From contig CAYMXQ010000002.1 in assembly GCA_964394495.1 (NCBI GenBank), positions 1 through 63,496 of the forward strand: a DNA stretch of 63,496 nucleotides, written 5' to 3'. A model generated the notes under the pieces. The model was not told where the DNA came from. It did no database searches and worked only from the letters and a program-made list of their open reading frames with translations. This stretch comes from Candidatus Hadarchaeota archaeon. Lineage in GTDB: Archaea; Hadarchaeota; Hadarchaeia; Hadarchaeales; Hadarchaeaceae. Positions 1 through 9,826 of this stretch are shown here, in pieces; within the stretch, counting starts at the first letter, position 1; each line of letters starts with the position of its first letter. A program made the position numbers and the translations under genes.

Positions 1-85
1 CGCCGGGGAGGGGATTCGAACCCCTGGTCTCCAACGGAGAACCAGATCTCGAGTCTGGCGCGTTACCTGGCTTCGCTACCCCGGC
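1..85 (-). tRNA. tRNA-Ser (anticodon CGA), class II with long variable arm; 3' end abuts the window edge
   Basis: The reverse complement folds as a cloverleaf. Acceptor GCCGGGG/CCCCGGC, anticodon arm CCAGA-CUCGAGA-UCUGG, variable arm UUCUCCGUUGGAGAC, T arm AGGGG-UUCGAAU-CCCCU, discriminator G. Confidence 0.9.
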
Positions 86-148
86 CCAAACAATCCTAGG
101 TTGCTTAAGTAAAATGGCTTCCGAATGATGCGGTGACCTCTGACAAAA

Positions 149-3100
149 TCACAGAAAGTCGGCGAGGCTGAGCTGCCTGCGAGCATCGCTCTCGAACATC
201 GATTTGATGTCGTATTGGGTGAGGCCCAAGCGTTGTTTGGTGTAATCGCTGACATGGTATTCATCCGCCACCCGCATCGCGATCTGCATGTACTTCTCCA
301 CTCCCCCCCGCGTGACGGTCAGAATCAATTTACCGCCGCAGCGATTGCAAACGCCACTGAGCGGCACCCGGCGGTGAATGAAGTTGCACGACACACACCT
401 GAAACTCTGGCTCGCGAACCTTCGGAGGTTACCCTTCAGGTCCGGGATGAAGTGGTGCTCTATGAGTCGCTCGGCAACGTCCCGCTCATCCACGGCCCTT
501 ATCCTCCTCGCCAGCTCAAGCTGCTCTGATGTCTTCTCTTCCATCGTCTCCAGGGTCTTGTACCTGCTCGAGTGCGGACCGGCTGCGATATCGCTCGTGC
601 TGAAGGAAAACTTCAGCCCCTCATACTGCGCCTCCTTCCCGAGCCTCTGCCCGACGGTTTCCATCTGCTTCGCCAATTCCACGGGTTTAGCGTAGCGCTG
701 CGTAGCCTCGTAGAACTCCAGCGGATACCTCTCCATCACGTCCATGTTGTGCGCCTGCTTGTCTATCTCGGCGGGGTCTACGCGGGTGCTGAAGATAAGC
801 GGGGCGTCCATCGTCCCGCCGCGTTTGGACGGCAGAAAACGCCTGCTGAAGTTCAACAGGGCGTCAAGCAATAACATGACGCAGTCCTCATCGCCGTCAC
901 AATCCCTTCTTTTTGCCGCGTGGAAGAACGGGTGCGCGTAGCCAACGGTTGCTTCGGTGAACCCTATTATGCGCCCAGCGGTCCCGACAGAGGTGTGCGG
1001 AGCCAGACCCATCACTATGTGGCCTACGAGATCTGCCGCGCGAGTGACATTGTAGTACGGCGGCAGACCATAGACCTTCTGCAACAGCTCATCAACGAAC
1101 TTTGACGCCCGCAGGAGATAATCCGCTCCTGAATCCAATCCTGAATCTGCCCTCGCGTTTGAGATAATCACATCCTGCACTTTCAGCTCGACCAACTGAT
1201 CATCGCTCTCAAGCGAATCCCCGTTGATGTCCTTGGCGTACCCGAGCTCACGCAACCGCTCGACTGGGGTGCCTATCTCCTTGGGCTTGAAGTGAGTGAG
1301 GGGAACGTTGGTGGCATCGAACCTTATAGTCCCATCCTTGAACACATAGACGCCGTGTTTCGCGCGCAGTATTCCCTTCTCAATCGGCTCCGGGATCTTG
1401 TAAGCGCTGGTCATACCCTGCACCCCTTTGACCAACTCTGGGGGCTTTTCCTGAAGCCGCTCAAGCGCGGCCTCGAAAAGTGATTTCAGGTCTAGCCCAC
1501 GTTCGCTGAAATACTCAGCGCGAACATTGCACACCGGGCACCTCTCGTTCGCCACCGGACGCTTGCAGCGGGGGCACGCTTTCATGTATTCCGCAGTGGA
1601 CCCGCACTTCTGACATTTCCTCGTGAAACCGATGGACCCGCATTTCTGGCACTTTAGCGTCGCTACTTCGACGTATACCTCACCCTTCCCAAACGTCGCC
1701 TTAGATTCTTTCCTCTCACCCTTCATGTTGTTTTCAGCCGCTGCCTTCACCAAGCTGCGAGTCATTCCGCCGCGCATTCCTACTGGAAAAAGCACGTGTA
1801 CCGGGGGGCTCATCTGACGTGGATTGGCCTTCTCCGGCCTGCCCATCCTGGCGCCTATGCGTGTTGGGGCCTTCTTCCTAACCGGGAACCCAGCCAACGT
1901 CTGGATTATCTCCATGACGTCCTTTGCAGCGCTTAGAAGCATGGTCTCTTCCAATTTTTTCCCGGTCAAACATTGCCCATCGAGCAATCCAAGGCATCTA
2001 CATAGCGGGAGGGCGTGGTCTTCTATTACCACTTTTCCGTTCTCAACTCTGTGAGGTACTCCAAGCTCTTCCAACGCCCTCTTTGGAGATTGGTCAGGCG
2101 AGAGGCGCAACCGCTTGAGCTCACCGCCTTCAAACTCCGGCTCCCCGCTGGCCAGCCAGTTGCCGAGCTCCCCCAGTTCCTCTATTTTGAGATCGTGGTA
2201 TGGGTATGTGCAAGCTGGGTGGAGAGGAACCCTGAGCTCCTCGGATATCTTTATCGCGAGTGCTGGTGCTGGCCTCGGATACGGTTTCGAAAGGTACTGG
2301 CTCAGATCTGACTCGAATTTTCTGTCCGCTAGAGCTAGCCCAACTTCTTGAGACCACCATTCTTCACAACAACCTGCAGGCATCAACGGATGGTTGTTCT
2401 CTAGAAACTCCCCAAAGCCGATGAGGATATCCCCCAAAAACAGTATCTCGTCTATCTTGCCTCTCAACTCCGACGCTTCCTCCGCTGAGTTGAGCTGGAC
2501 TACCGAACCGTCTCTAAGTTTGACGGTCGGTCCCTCAACAGAGTCAACCGGTACAACGACCCCGCTCTTCCCCGGCCGTTCCATCTTAAGCTGTGTGCCA
2601 ACTGCCACGAAATCGTTGCACGCCGCCATTGTCGCGGGATGCAAACCGACCGCAGCTATACCTGTATTCCTCGCCCGCCCGTAGCGTAGCCTGAAACCTC
2701 CCTCGCTGCCGCGCTGCCTCCCTGGATGAGACAAAACAGGCCTTCCTGCTATGACCTCGTTCAGATACGCATCCCCTTTCGGAAAAGCAGCGGCGCCCTT
2801 GTCATCAGTCGGCGCCTTTGTGACCAATTCAGAAAGCCAGCCCCACCCGTCGATATTCAGCTTGTCCACGTACTTCATTATCTTGGCAGCCTTCTGCATA
2901 ACCCCCTCGACCAGCGCCAGGACCGCACCGCCCCTAACTAGGTTGTGTTCTATGCGTTCGAGGTCCCTAAATGCGGTGACCGTTATGTCCCTCTCGGTTG
3001 GCTCACCGGTTATTTCCACTGGGAGGTTCTGTACCGCGAATTTTACGTCCTCCTGTGACGGTTTGTACTGCTCGCGTGCTATGCTCGTGCCGTATAGTTC

Positions 3101-3667
3101 GACCTCCTCCGCAAATCTATTCACTTCTTTTTCGCTCGGCTTGAACGCGCTTAGATACAACCTCCGCCGCACGAAATCCCCTGCTAGAACTGCCATGGCT
3201 GCTGCTGTCCCACCGGCGGCCCTGATGGGACTAGCGAAGTAAAGCGCGAGATATGGGCTCCCGTCGAAATTCTTCTTTATCTCGACGTGTGTTATGCCCT
3301 CCAGAGGCGCGGTTACTCTTCCCTCCGTTAACACGGCCAGCGCCGTCCGTATGGCCTGCTCGGCCACGGCTTGTTCATTTAATTTACCGAACTTCCCATC
3401 GACGATCATCTCAACCAGTTTCAGCGCCAGCTCCTCGCGATCCTCGCTGGACATTACCTTCTCAAGCTCCCGTATCACCTCTGCGACGCCCTTCGGCCCG
3501 ACTAGCTCCTCGACCCTCGCTGCTAGATCACCTGCTCGCGGAATCTCCGGTTCAAGCTCAGGGTCGTGTCCCAGCGAGCGAGCTTTTTTGGCTATCTCGT
3601 ACATCTCGTCTATTTTATGCTCCAGCACGGTGAAGTATTCGTCCATCTCCACGCTCATCGTCGTCAA
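149..3667 (-). CDS. polC: DNA polymerase II (PolD) large subunit DP2
   Basis: 1172-aa ORF. Has the DP2-typical zinc clusters (CQKCGS..CQKCGS, CPRC..CPVC, CVSC..CNRCGG). The start overlaps the upstream gene stop by 4 nt. Confidence 0.95.
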   Translation of the reverse strand: MTTMSVEMDEYFTVLEHKIDEMYEIAKKARSLGHDPELEPEIPRAGDLAARVEELVGPKGVAEVIRELEKVMSSEDREELALKLVEMIVDGKFGKLNEQAVAEQAIRTALAVLTEGRVTAPLEGITHVEIKKNFDGSPYLALYFASPIRAAGGTAAAMAVLAGDFVRRRLYLSAFKPSEKEVNRFAEEVELYGTSIAREQYKPSQEDVKFAVQNLPVEITGEPTERDITVTAFRDLERIEHNLVRGGAVLALVEGVMQKAAKIMKYVDKLNIDGWGWLSELVTKAPTDDKGAAAFPKGDAYLNEVIAGRPVLSHPGRQRGSEGGFRLRYGRARNTGIAAVGLHPATMAACNDFVAVGTQLKMERPGKSGVVVPVDSVEGPTVKLRDGSVVQLNSAEEASELRGKIDEILFLGDILIGFGEFLENNHPLMPAGCCEEWWSQEVGLALADRKFESDLSQYLSKPYPRPAPALAIKISEELRVPLHPACTYPYHDLKIEELGELGNWLASGEPEFEGGELKRLRLSPDQSPKRALEELGVPHRVENGKVVIEDHALPLCRCLGLLDGQCLTGKKLEETMLLSAAKDVMEIIQTLAGFPVRKKAPTRIGARMGRPEKANPRQMSPPVHVLFPVGMRGGMTRSLVKAAAENNMKGERKESKATFGKGEVYVEVATLKCQKCGSIGFTRKCQKCGSTAEYMKACPRCKRPVANERCPVCNVRAEYFSERGLDLKSLFEAALERLQEKPPELVKGVQGMTSAYKIPEPIEKGILRAKHGVYVFKDGTIRFDATNVPLTHFKPKEIGTPVERLRELGYAKDINGDSLESDDQLVELKVQDVIISNARADSGLDSGADYLLRASKFVDELLQKVYGLPPYYNVTRAADLVGHIVMGLAPHTSVGTAGRIIGFTEATVGYAHPFFHAAKRRDCDGDEDCVMLLLDALLNFSRRFLPSKRGGTMDAPLIFSTRVDPAEIDKQAHNMDVMERYPLEFYEATQRYAKPVELAKQMETVGQRLGKEAQYEGLKFSFSTSDIAAGPHSSRYKTLETMEEKTSEQLELARRIRAVDERDVAERLIEHHFIPDLKGNLRRFASQSFRCVSCNFIHRRVPLSGVCNRCGGKLILTVTRGGVEKYMQIAMRVADEYHVSDYTKQRLGLTQYDIKSMFESDARRQLSLADFL

Positions 3668-4473
3668 TTCACCACCTCTGCTATGCTTTTTAGCACAAAA
3701 TCAGGCGCCATCCTCGTGTTCCTTACCTTCCGCACGTCCTCCTTCGTACACACGCCGCTGAGCACAAGCGCGGTCCTGACACCGGCAGCTTTCCCTGCCA
3801 TGACATCCGTGTCGATGCGGTCGCCGATCATCAATGTCTCCCTTGGTCTAGCGCCGAGCAACTTGAGCGAAATTTTTATCGTGTGGGGTGATGGCTTTCC
3901 GACCACAATGCTCGGCTCCTTTCCCGAGCAGCCGACGAGCGCCCCGACCATTGCTCCGGCCCCTGGAGTGAGCTCGACCTCGGTGGGATATGTGGAATCC
4001 GTGTTCGTGGCAATGAAATACGCCCCGGCACGGAGAGCGCGCAGCCCAGCCGCGATCTTTCTGTAACTCAACTTTCGGTCCAGACCAACAACCACATGAG
4101 TCGCTCCCTCGGCCTCCTCTTCTGAAACTATTTTTAGCCCAGCGCCTCTCAGCTCCGACCGTAAACCGTCCTCGCCCACCACGTAGATTACCGCGTCTGG
4201 GTATCGCCTTCGCAGGTAAATCGCAGTAGCGTACCCAGCCGTCACTATTTCAGACTCATCCGCTGGGATTCCCATAGACTTCAATTTTCTGGCGTACTCC
4301 GCGCGAGTGCTCGATGAGTTGTTCGTTGAAAAGATCAGCTTCTTGCCCTTACCCCGAAACCACCTGATCGCCTCCGATGCGCCTTCAACTGGTCTTTTTC
4401 CAGTGTAAAGAACGCCGTCCATGTCTAGGATTATGGCCGATATATTCTCGATGTTTAGAACGTGCTTATACAA
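3664..4473 (-). CDS. HAD-superfamily hydrolase, subfamily IIA (NagD-like sugar phosphatase)
   Basis: 269 aa. Motif I ILDMDGVLY, later STNNSS and the MIGDRIDTD motif. Embedded between the two PolD subunit genes. Confidence 0.8.
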   Translation of the reverse strand: MYKHVLNIENISAIILDMDGVLYTGKRPVEGASEAIRWFRGKGKKLIFSTNNSSSTRAEYARKLKSMGIPADESEIVTAGYATAIYLRRRYPDAVIYVVGEDGLRSELRGAGLKIVSEEEAEGATHVVVGLDRKLSYRKIAAGLRALRAGAYFIATNTDSTYPTEVELTPGAGAMVGALVGCSGKEPSIVVGKPSPHTIKISLKLLGARPRETLMIGDRIDTDVMAGKAAGVRTALVLSGVCTKEDVRKVRNTRMAPDFVLKSIAEVVN

Positions 4474-6043
4474 AATGTATCGCCTCGGTCTGATGCGTTT
4501 GAAGGTTAAAAACTGGCACGATACCCGGCGTCGGCTCCACGCCCAACTTCCGCATGAACTCCGTCATTCCCTGAAATGTCCCAGAGTTTATCACGGAAAC
4601 GTCTCTGTAGCGCGTGTGCTCCTCGCGATGGACATGGCCGCAGTGGAAAACGTCCGGTGCTTCCTCTATGACCATGTAATCGTGCTGCTCAGGGGATATC
4701 GCCGTGCGGCCGCCGTATATGGGCGCGAGGTGTCTTTTCTGCAGGAGTTTGATCATTATCGAGGTCGGATTTACACGGTTGATGCCCGGCATGGCCGAAA
4801 CTACGTCATCGAAGCTCCTGCCATGGTACACGATAAAATTGACACCATGGAGAGAGACCCAAACCGGATTTCCGACCATGACTGAGTTCAGCCCGTGCAG
4901 TCCCTCAGCCACATTCTTATGAATCGCTGGCTGCGGCTCAGCGGGGCGCACCGCGTCGTGGTTGCCTGGTGCTATGATGATGGTGATGTGTTCTGGGATT
5001 TGGCTGAGCAGCTTTGCTGCCGTATCGTACTGTTTGAAAATATCGTCTACCAGGAGTTCCTTCTCCTGCTCAGGGTATACTCCGATCCCATCTACGACGT
5101 CACCAGCGATGACGAGGTACTTGACCCTGCCCGCTAGCTCTTGCTGTCTGGGGTCGTCGGCTCCGCCGTGCAGCCATTTCACAAACTTCGAGAACAGATT
5201 TTCCAGAAACATCTCGCTCCCAACGTGTAAATCCGATATCAATGCGGCGCAAATCGGATCATCCGCTATGTGCGTCTCATGTTTCATGGGCAGGTCTGGC
5301 CAGATTATGTCATTCACGAAAATCCGTGGGGCCCTGTCACCACTTCGCAATGACCCCACCACTCCAATGACCTCGTCCACGACAACCTCCGCCGCCTTCT
5401 GCGCGAGCTCTCTCTTCCCCTTGAAGACGAGCGTTGATATCCTTCCGGTTTGGTCTTCTAGGTCTATCATCGTATTTCCAGCCGAGGACTCCCGCTTGTT
5501 TGACACGATTCCGATCACTTTGACCTGCGCCCTGTCGTCAACGTTCCTCAGGCTTCCTATCGGGAGCGCATCCTGTAGCTCAACCCGCTTTCGAAGGAGA
5601 CGGTTAATCCGCTCGTATCTGTCCTTGAAGAGCCCCACGAAATCCTTTAGCCCCCCCTCGCTGTAGCTCCGCCCGGTGATGTCTTTCTGCACCACGACGC
5701 GAGCCTCGTACTCGGCTGCGATGGGTTTGAATTTCGTGTGTGTGAGTTCGGGCAGTCTCTTTTCCTCGAAGCTTGGCCCGGGCACCGCCTCGATTTCAGC
5801 TGCGGCTATGGGATGTACGACGGGTTGCTGCCTTGGCTGCGGTTGTACGACCCCCTCCAGGATTCTCGTCACGATATCGGGAGTTATTATGAACGGCCTG
5901 CTCTCTGTTTCCCTCAATGCGGCCAAAACTCGTTCTACTGCCGCTTCCGCGTCCTCCCGTCCCAGAAGCACCTCAAGTGTGCCCTTCGTCGGCTGCATGT
6001 CCGCTTCTATAAATCTGCGAACAACGGCACCCTCATCCATCAA
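4466..6043 (-). CDS. polB: DNA polymerase II (PolD) small subunit DP1 (exonuclease)
   Basis: 525 aa. Calcineurin/Mre11-like phosphoesterase motifs DLHVGS, GDVVDG, GNHD, GHVH, preceded by an OB-fold region. Confidence 0.93.
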   Translation of the reverse strand: MMDEGAVVRRFIEADMQPTKGTLEVLLGREDAEAAVERVLAALRETESRPFIITPDIVTRILEGVVQPQPRQQPVVHPIAAAEIEAVPGPSFEEKRLPELTHTKFKPIAAEYEARVVVQKDITGRSYSEGGLKDFVGLFKDRYERINRLLRKRVELQDALPIGSLRNVDDRAQVKVIGIVSNKRESSAGNTMIDLEDQTGRISTLVFKGKRELAQKAAEVVVDEVIGVVGSLRSGDRAPRIFVNDIIWPDLPMKHETHIADDPICAALISDLHVGSEMFLENLFSKFVKWLHGGADDPRQQELAGRVKYLVIAGDVVDGIGVYPEQEKELLVDDIFKQYDTAAKLLSQIPEHITIIIAPGNHDAVRPAEPQPAIHKNVAEGLHGLNSVMVGNPVWVSLHGVNFIVYHGRSFDDVVSAMPGINRVNPTSIMIKLLQKRHLAPIYGGRTAISPEQHDYMVIEEAPDVFHCGHVHREEHTRYRDVSVINSGTFQGMTEFMRKLGVEPTPGIVPVFNLQTHQTEAIHFV

Positions 6044-6051
6044 AACCCCCT

Positions 6052-7362
6052 CTAAACCAGCGTAATCTGCTTGGGGAGGGGTAACACCTCTACGCTGCCG
6101 ATGGAATAATCCTCTTGAATGGACGCTCTAGCTTGAGTCGGATGGATGTTCAACTTTATTTCCCTAGTTCGGCCGTGGCGGCCCTTGTTGATGATCTGCG
6201 CGCTTATTATCCCGAGCATGTCCAGCTCGGATATCAGGTCGCTCACGCGGCGTTGCGTCAGAACATCCAGCCCTATCTGCTGGCATAGGTCCTCGTAGAT
6301 ATCATAAACGTCGCCGCTTACTATCCTGCGCGGGGTCCTCTCCACCAGCAAAACGACGCTGTAAAGCACCAACTTAGACTGCGTGGGCAACGTTCGGATT
6401 ATCTCGACCATCTTATCCTGATCTATCTTCTCGTGGGCCTGCCTGACTTGCTCAAGCGTTACGAACTCCGCTCCCACGCGCTCTGCAAGTTCCCCCGCCA
6501 CCCGAAGTAAATCAAGGGCCCGCCTAGCGTCTCCGTGCTCCCTAGCCGCGTGGGCAGAGCAGAGCTGAATCACGCCCTCGCCGAGCACATCGTCCACGAA
6601 ACTTATCTTGGCCCTCTTTTCTAGGATTTCTTTGAGCTGAAGACCGTTGTAGGCGGGGAACACCAGTTCCTCCTCGCTAAAGCTGCTCCGGACGCGTGGG
6701 TCCAAGTATTCCATGAAGTTCGTGTCATTCGAGATGCCAACGACCGCGACCTTTGAGTTCTTCAGATCGGAATTCATCCGTGTGAGGTTGTATAGCGCTT
6801 CATCTCCGTTCCTTTGTACAAGTTTATCGACCTCGTCCAGTACTATCACAGCAAGCTGTTTTTCCTCATCCAGCGCCCTGAAGAAACTGCGGTAGACCTC
6901 ATCAGTGGGCCATCCAGTCATAGGTACGCGCCTCGGAAGCTCGATGGATTTCAGAAATTCCTCGCCTCGGGAATTCCTCAGTTTTTCCAGGAAAACACCT
7001 GAAAGGGTCGCGAGTATCCTATACTGAGTGTTCACCACCTCGCAATTCATGTAAATCACGCTCACTTTCAACGGCGCGCGATCGCTGACCTTTTCGAGTT
7101 CCTTCGCCACGTACTTCACGCTTGCGGTCTTTCCCGTCCCAGGCTTCCCGTATATTAAAATGTTCGACGGGGTCTCGCCTCTCAACGGCGCCGCCAGTAT
7201 CCGCGCGAGCTGCTTGATCTGATCCTCTCTGTGCGGCAGTTCCTCAGGTGTGTAGCTCGGGCGTAGGTACTCTCGGTTTTTGAATATCGGCCTCGTCTCC
7301 AGCAACGTGCTGAACAGACCTCCCAAACTCATCTTTTCCAGCCTCCTCTCCAATCTTTTCAA
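6052..7362 (-). CDS. cdc6: Orc1/Cdc6 replication initiator (copy 1)
   Basis: 436 aa. Walker A GKPGTGKTA, Walker B VIVLDEVD, C-terminal winged helix. An alternative start at 7332 (MSLGG) is possible. Confidence 0.93.
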   Translation of the reverse strand: MKRLERRLEKMSLGGLFSTLLETRPIFKNREYLRPSYTPEELPHREDQIKQLARILAAPLRGETPSNILIYGKPGTGKTASVKYVAKELEKVSDRAPLKVSVIYMNCEVVNTQYRILATLSGVFLEKLRNSRGEEFLKSIELPRRVPMTGWPTDEVYRSFFRALDEEKQLAVIVLDEVDKLVQRNGDEALYNLTRMNSDLKNSKVAVVGISNDTNFMEYLDPRVRSSFSEEELVFPAYNGLQLKEILEKRAKISFVDDVLGEGVIQLCSAHAAREHGDARRALDLLRVAGELAERVGAEFVTLEQVRQAHEKIDQDKMVEIIRTLPTQSKLVLYSVVLLVERTPRRIVSGDVYDIYEDLCQQIGLDVLTQRRVSDLISELDMLGIISAQIINKGRHGRTREIKLNIHPTQARASIQEDYSIGSVEVLPLPKQITLV

Positions 7363-7822
7363 ACAAATCGTTCAACCCTTGGTTCCAGCTCTCGAGCACA
7401 CCGACCAAGCGATTGACCAGGAAACGTTCTTCAAGCGGCATCTCCCCAAGGCTCTCGGGCGAAAGCGCTAGCCTGAGGAGTTTTGGCAGCCTAGTCTCCA
7501 ACAGGGTCATTGTTTGAGCCTTTAGCCCATCCGCCTTCTCAAGGTCTCCCCCTATCTTTAAGTTTGAGGTTTCGTGCATGGCTGATGAGTAAAAATTTTC
7601 TGGGAGAGTTGCTAGTCCGGAGCTGCGCTCCTCGGTGAGAACCAGTTTTCGAAGTTCCGAGATAGTGGGCTTTTTTGTGGGTACTACAATACCGTGACGC
7701 TCAAGAACCACTGCCTCCCATGACCAGAGCGTTATTTCTTCCCCATCTGAGAAAGGACCAAGTTGCTTGCCCGCCAGTTTCAACTCTTGCATATCTTTGA
7801 TTACGCGAACATGCTCTTTCAT
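7244..7822 (-). CDS. GINS subunit (Gins51-like)
   Basis: 192 aa lying directly between MCM and Orc1. N-terminal small beta domain, then a helical domain with LPENFY and RLPKLLRLAL motifs typical of GINS A-domains. The tail overlaps the Orc1 gene. Confidence 0.6.
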   Translation of the reverse strand: MKEHVRVIKDMQELKLAGKQLGPFSDGEEITLWSWEAVVLERHGIVVPTKKPTISELRKLVLTEERSSGLATLPENFYSSAMHETSNLKIGGDLEKADGLKAQTMTLLETRLPKLLRLALSPESLGEMPLEERFLVNRLVGVLESWNQGLNDLFEKIGEEAGKDEFGRSVQHVAGDEADIQKPRVPTPELHT

Positions 7823-9826
7823 TCACTTCACCGCTCGACTTATCATCTCTGGTTTAGGCGAGTAGAGATAGCCCCTCTTTTTTTCCTCCTCGATCATCTC
7901 TTCCACAAACTTCTCACTGATTTTCTCCGCCATCGCCTTGATCTTCACCTTTTCAATCGGTGCTGCCCCTCCGTACTCTTCCTCCAACTCTTTTATTATC
8001 TCAAGGACTCGTTGACGCCTCTCGCGTTGGGACTTGGGCATACCTGTCATAAGCAGATCTATGTCCGTGGCGCCCGTCTCCGTGTCCAGCCCGGCCTCTT
8101 TCAAGGAAGTTTTTACGAGGTTTATCGCACGGTTTGCGTCCTCAACAGTGACTCGGTTGCTCAACCTCATCCTTGCGTTTGCCTTCGCCAGCCGTATGAG
8201 CGCCTCCAGCTGTCTAACCGTTATGGGCAGCGGGGCCCCCTCCGCCACGATCTTCCTCCAGTCCACGAAGAAATTCTCTATCGCTTTCTGGATCTCCTTA
8301 TCTTCAAGTTTGGGCTCGATGTTCTTGCGCGCGTAGATGATAATTTTACGCAGGAAATCCGGATTAAAGGGGGCTTTCACCACCTTCTTCGGGTCTGTGT
8401 GCATCTTCAGGACATGCTGCGCTATCTCGTGGTCGTAATCGGCGCGAGGCTCATCACGCATTATCAATACCAAATCGAACCTGGAGAGAAGGACTGGCTC
8501 CAAGCCAATCTGCTGCACGAGCGGTCTACTTATGTCAAACCTGCCGTACTTTGGATTCGCAGCAGCGAGGACTCCAGTGCGGGTGTTGAGGGTCGCAATG
8601 ATGCCTGCCTTGGAGATGCTGATTGTTTGTTGTTCCATGGCTTCTAAAATAGCGCCCGACTCTTCTCGGTTCATCTTCTCGAACTCATCTATGCTCGCTA
8701 GCCCGCCATCAGCTATAACAAGTGTCCCGGCCTCAAGGGCCCACCCACCGCTTATCTCATCGCGGACTGCAGCAGCCGTGAGCCCAGCACCCGTAGACTT
8801 TGTTCCCGAGGTGTAGAGGCCGCGGGGGGCTACCGCTGCTACCCACTTCAGTATCTGACTTTTCCCAGTGCCCGGGTCTCCCGTTAGGAGAACATGGGAG
8901 TCGCCGCGTATCCTCGTCCCATCCGACAACTCGATGGGGTTACACCCGAAAAGCTGGAGCGCCACAGCCTCCTTTACTGCCTCGTGTCCATGGATCGCGG
9001 GGATAACTGACTGGATGATTTTGTTTCTGACCCACGGGTCCTTGGCCAGCTCCTTTATTCTTTTCTCATCTTCCTCCGTCAACTCGGCCTCCTCGACCCC
9101 CTTCTGTAGGACCTCGGTATGGCTCACAAACAGTATCTTTCGAAAAGTCGTCGTGTGCTCCCTATGTTGCCTCTCCTGGAAAACGCGGAGCACCCCTGTC
9201 ATGGCCACGTGATTACCGGGCACGGCTTTGTCGACAAAATCGTCCCTGACTATGCCATCCAGCCTCCTAGGCATCCGCCCCCCACGGAGTTTTTCAGGGG
9301 GTTCTTGGATACAAATGCTCTGCCAGTCGCGGAAAATCGTGCTTTCTATTACGAGATCAAACGGGCCTTTTTTACGACAATTTGGGTTTTCGCAAACGAG
9401 CGGCTCCCTAAAAAACTCGTCCACCTGCAGCACCCTGTTCTCCTCCCCACAGCGCCTGCACTTGAACACGGCTTCCTTAGCCTCTGGTTTCACCTCACCA
9501 GCCCGAGTCATGATGCCCTCTACTTGGATGAACTTGCTAACATGTTCGGCGCGAATGTTGCGTATCTCTATGCTTTCAGGCAAACTCTTAACACGGAGAC
9601 GCATGCCAGGAATTTTTGTTATGTCTTCAAGCATGGCGTCGGCGGCATCAAAAAATCCCGGAGGGGAATCCAGCAGTGCTTTGGCGAGATTTTTGTTGAA
9701 TTCAAGGAGGTTCTCGAAATCGATGACGATTGATTTATGCCCAGATGACGTTCTCCTCCTGAGTTCTTTTATGATGTCTTTCCCGTGGAGAAACTCCTCT
9801 AGTTTTTCCATTAGTTCGGCCTCCAA
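7823..9826 (-). CDS. mcm: MCM replicative helicase
   Basis: 667 aa. Zn finger CRRCG..CENPNC, Walker A GDPGTGKSQ, Walker B IDEFEKM, arginine finger SRFDL, C-terminal winged helix. No intein. Confidence 0.95.
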   Translation of the reverse strand: MEAELMEKLEEFLHGKDIIKELRRRTSSGHKSIVIDFENLLEFNKNLAKALLDSPPGFFDAADAMLEDITKIPGMRLRVKSLPESIEIRNIRAEHVSKFIQVEGIMTRAGEVKPEAKEAVFKCRRCGEENRVLQVDEFFREPLVCENPNCRKKGPFDLVIESTIFRDWQSICIQEPPEKLRGGRMPRRLDGIVRDDFVDKAVPGNHVAMTGVLRVFQERQHREHTTTFRKILFVSHTEVLQKGVEEAELTEEDEKRIKELAKDPWVRNKIIQSVIPAIHGHEAVKEAVALQLFGCNPIELSDGTRIRGDSHVLLTGDPGTGKSQILKWVAAVAPRGLYTSGTKSTGAGLTAAAVRDEISGGWALEAGTLVIADGGLASIDEFEKMNREESGAILEAMEQQTISISKAGIIATLNTRTGVLAAANPKYGRFDISRPLVQQIGLEPVLLSRFDLVLIMRDEPRADYDHEIAQHVLKMHTDPKKVVKAPFNPDFLRKIIIYARKNIEPKLEDKEIQKAIENFFVDWRKIVAEGAPLPITVRQLEALIRLAKANARMRLSNRVTVEDANRAINLVKTSLKEAGLDTETGATDIDLLMTGMPKSQRERRQRVLEIIKELEEEYGGAAPIEKVKIKAMAEKISEKFVEEMIEEEKKRGYLYSPKPEMISRAVK

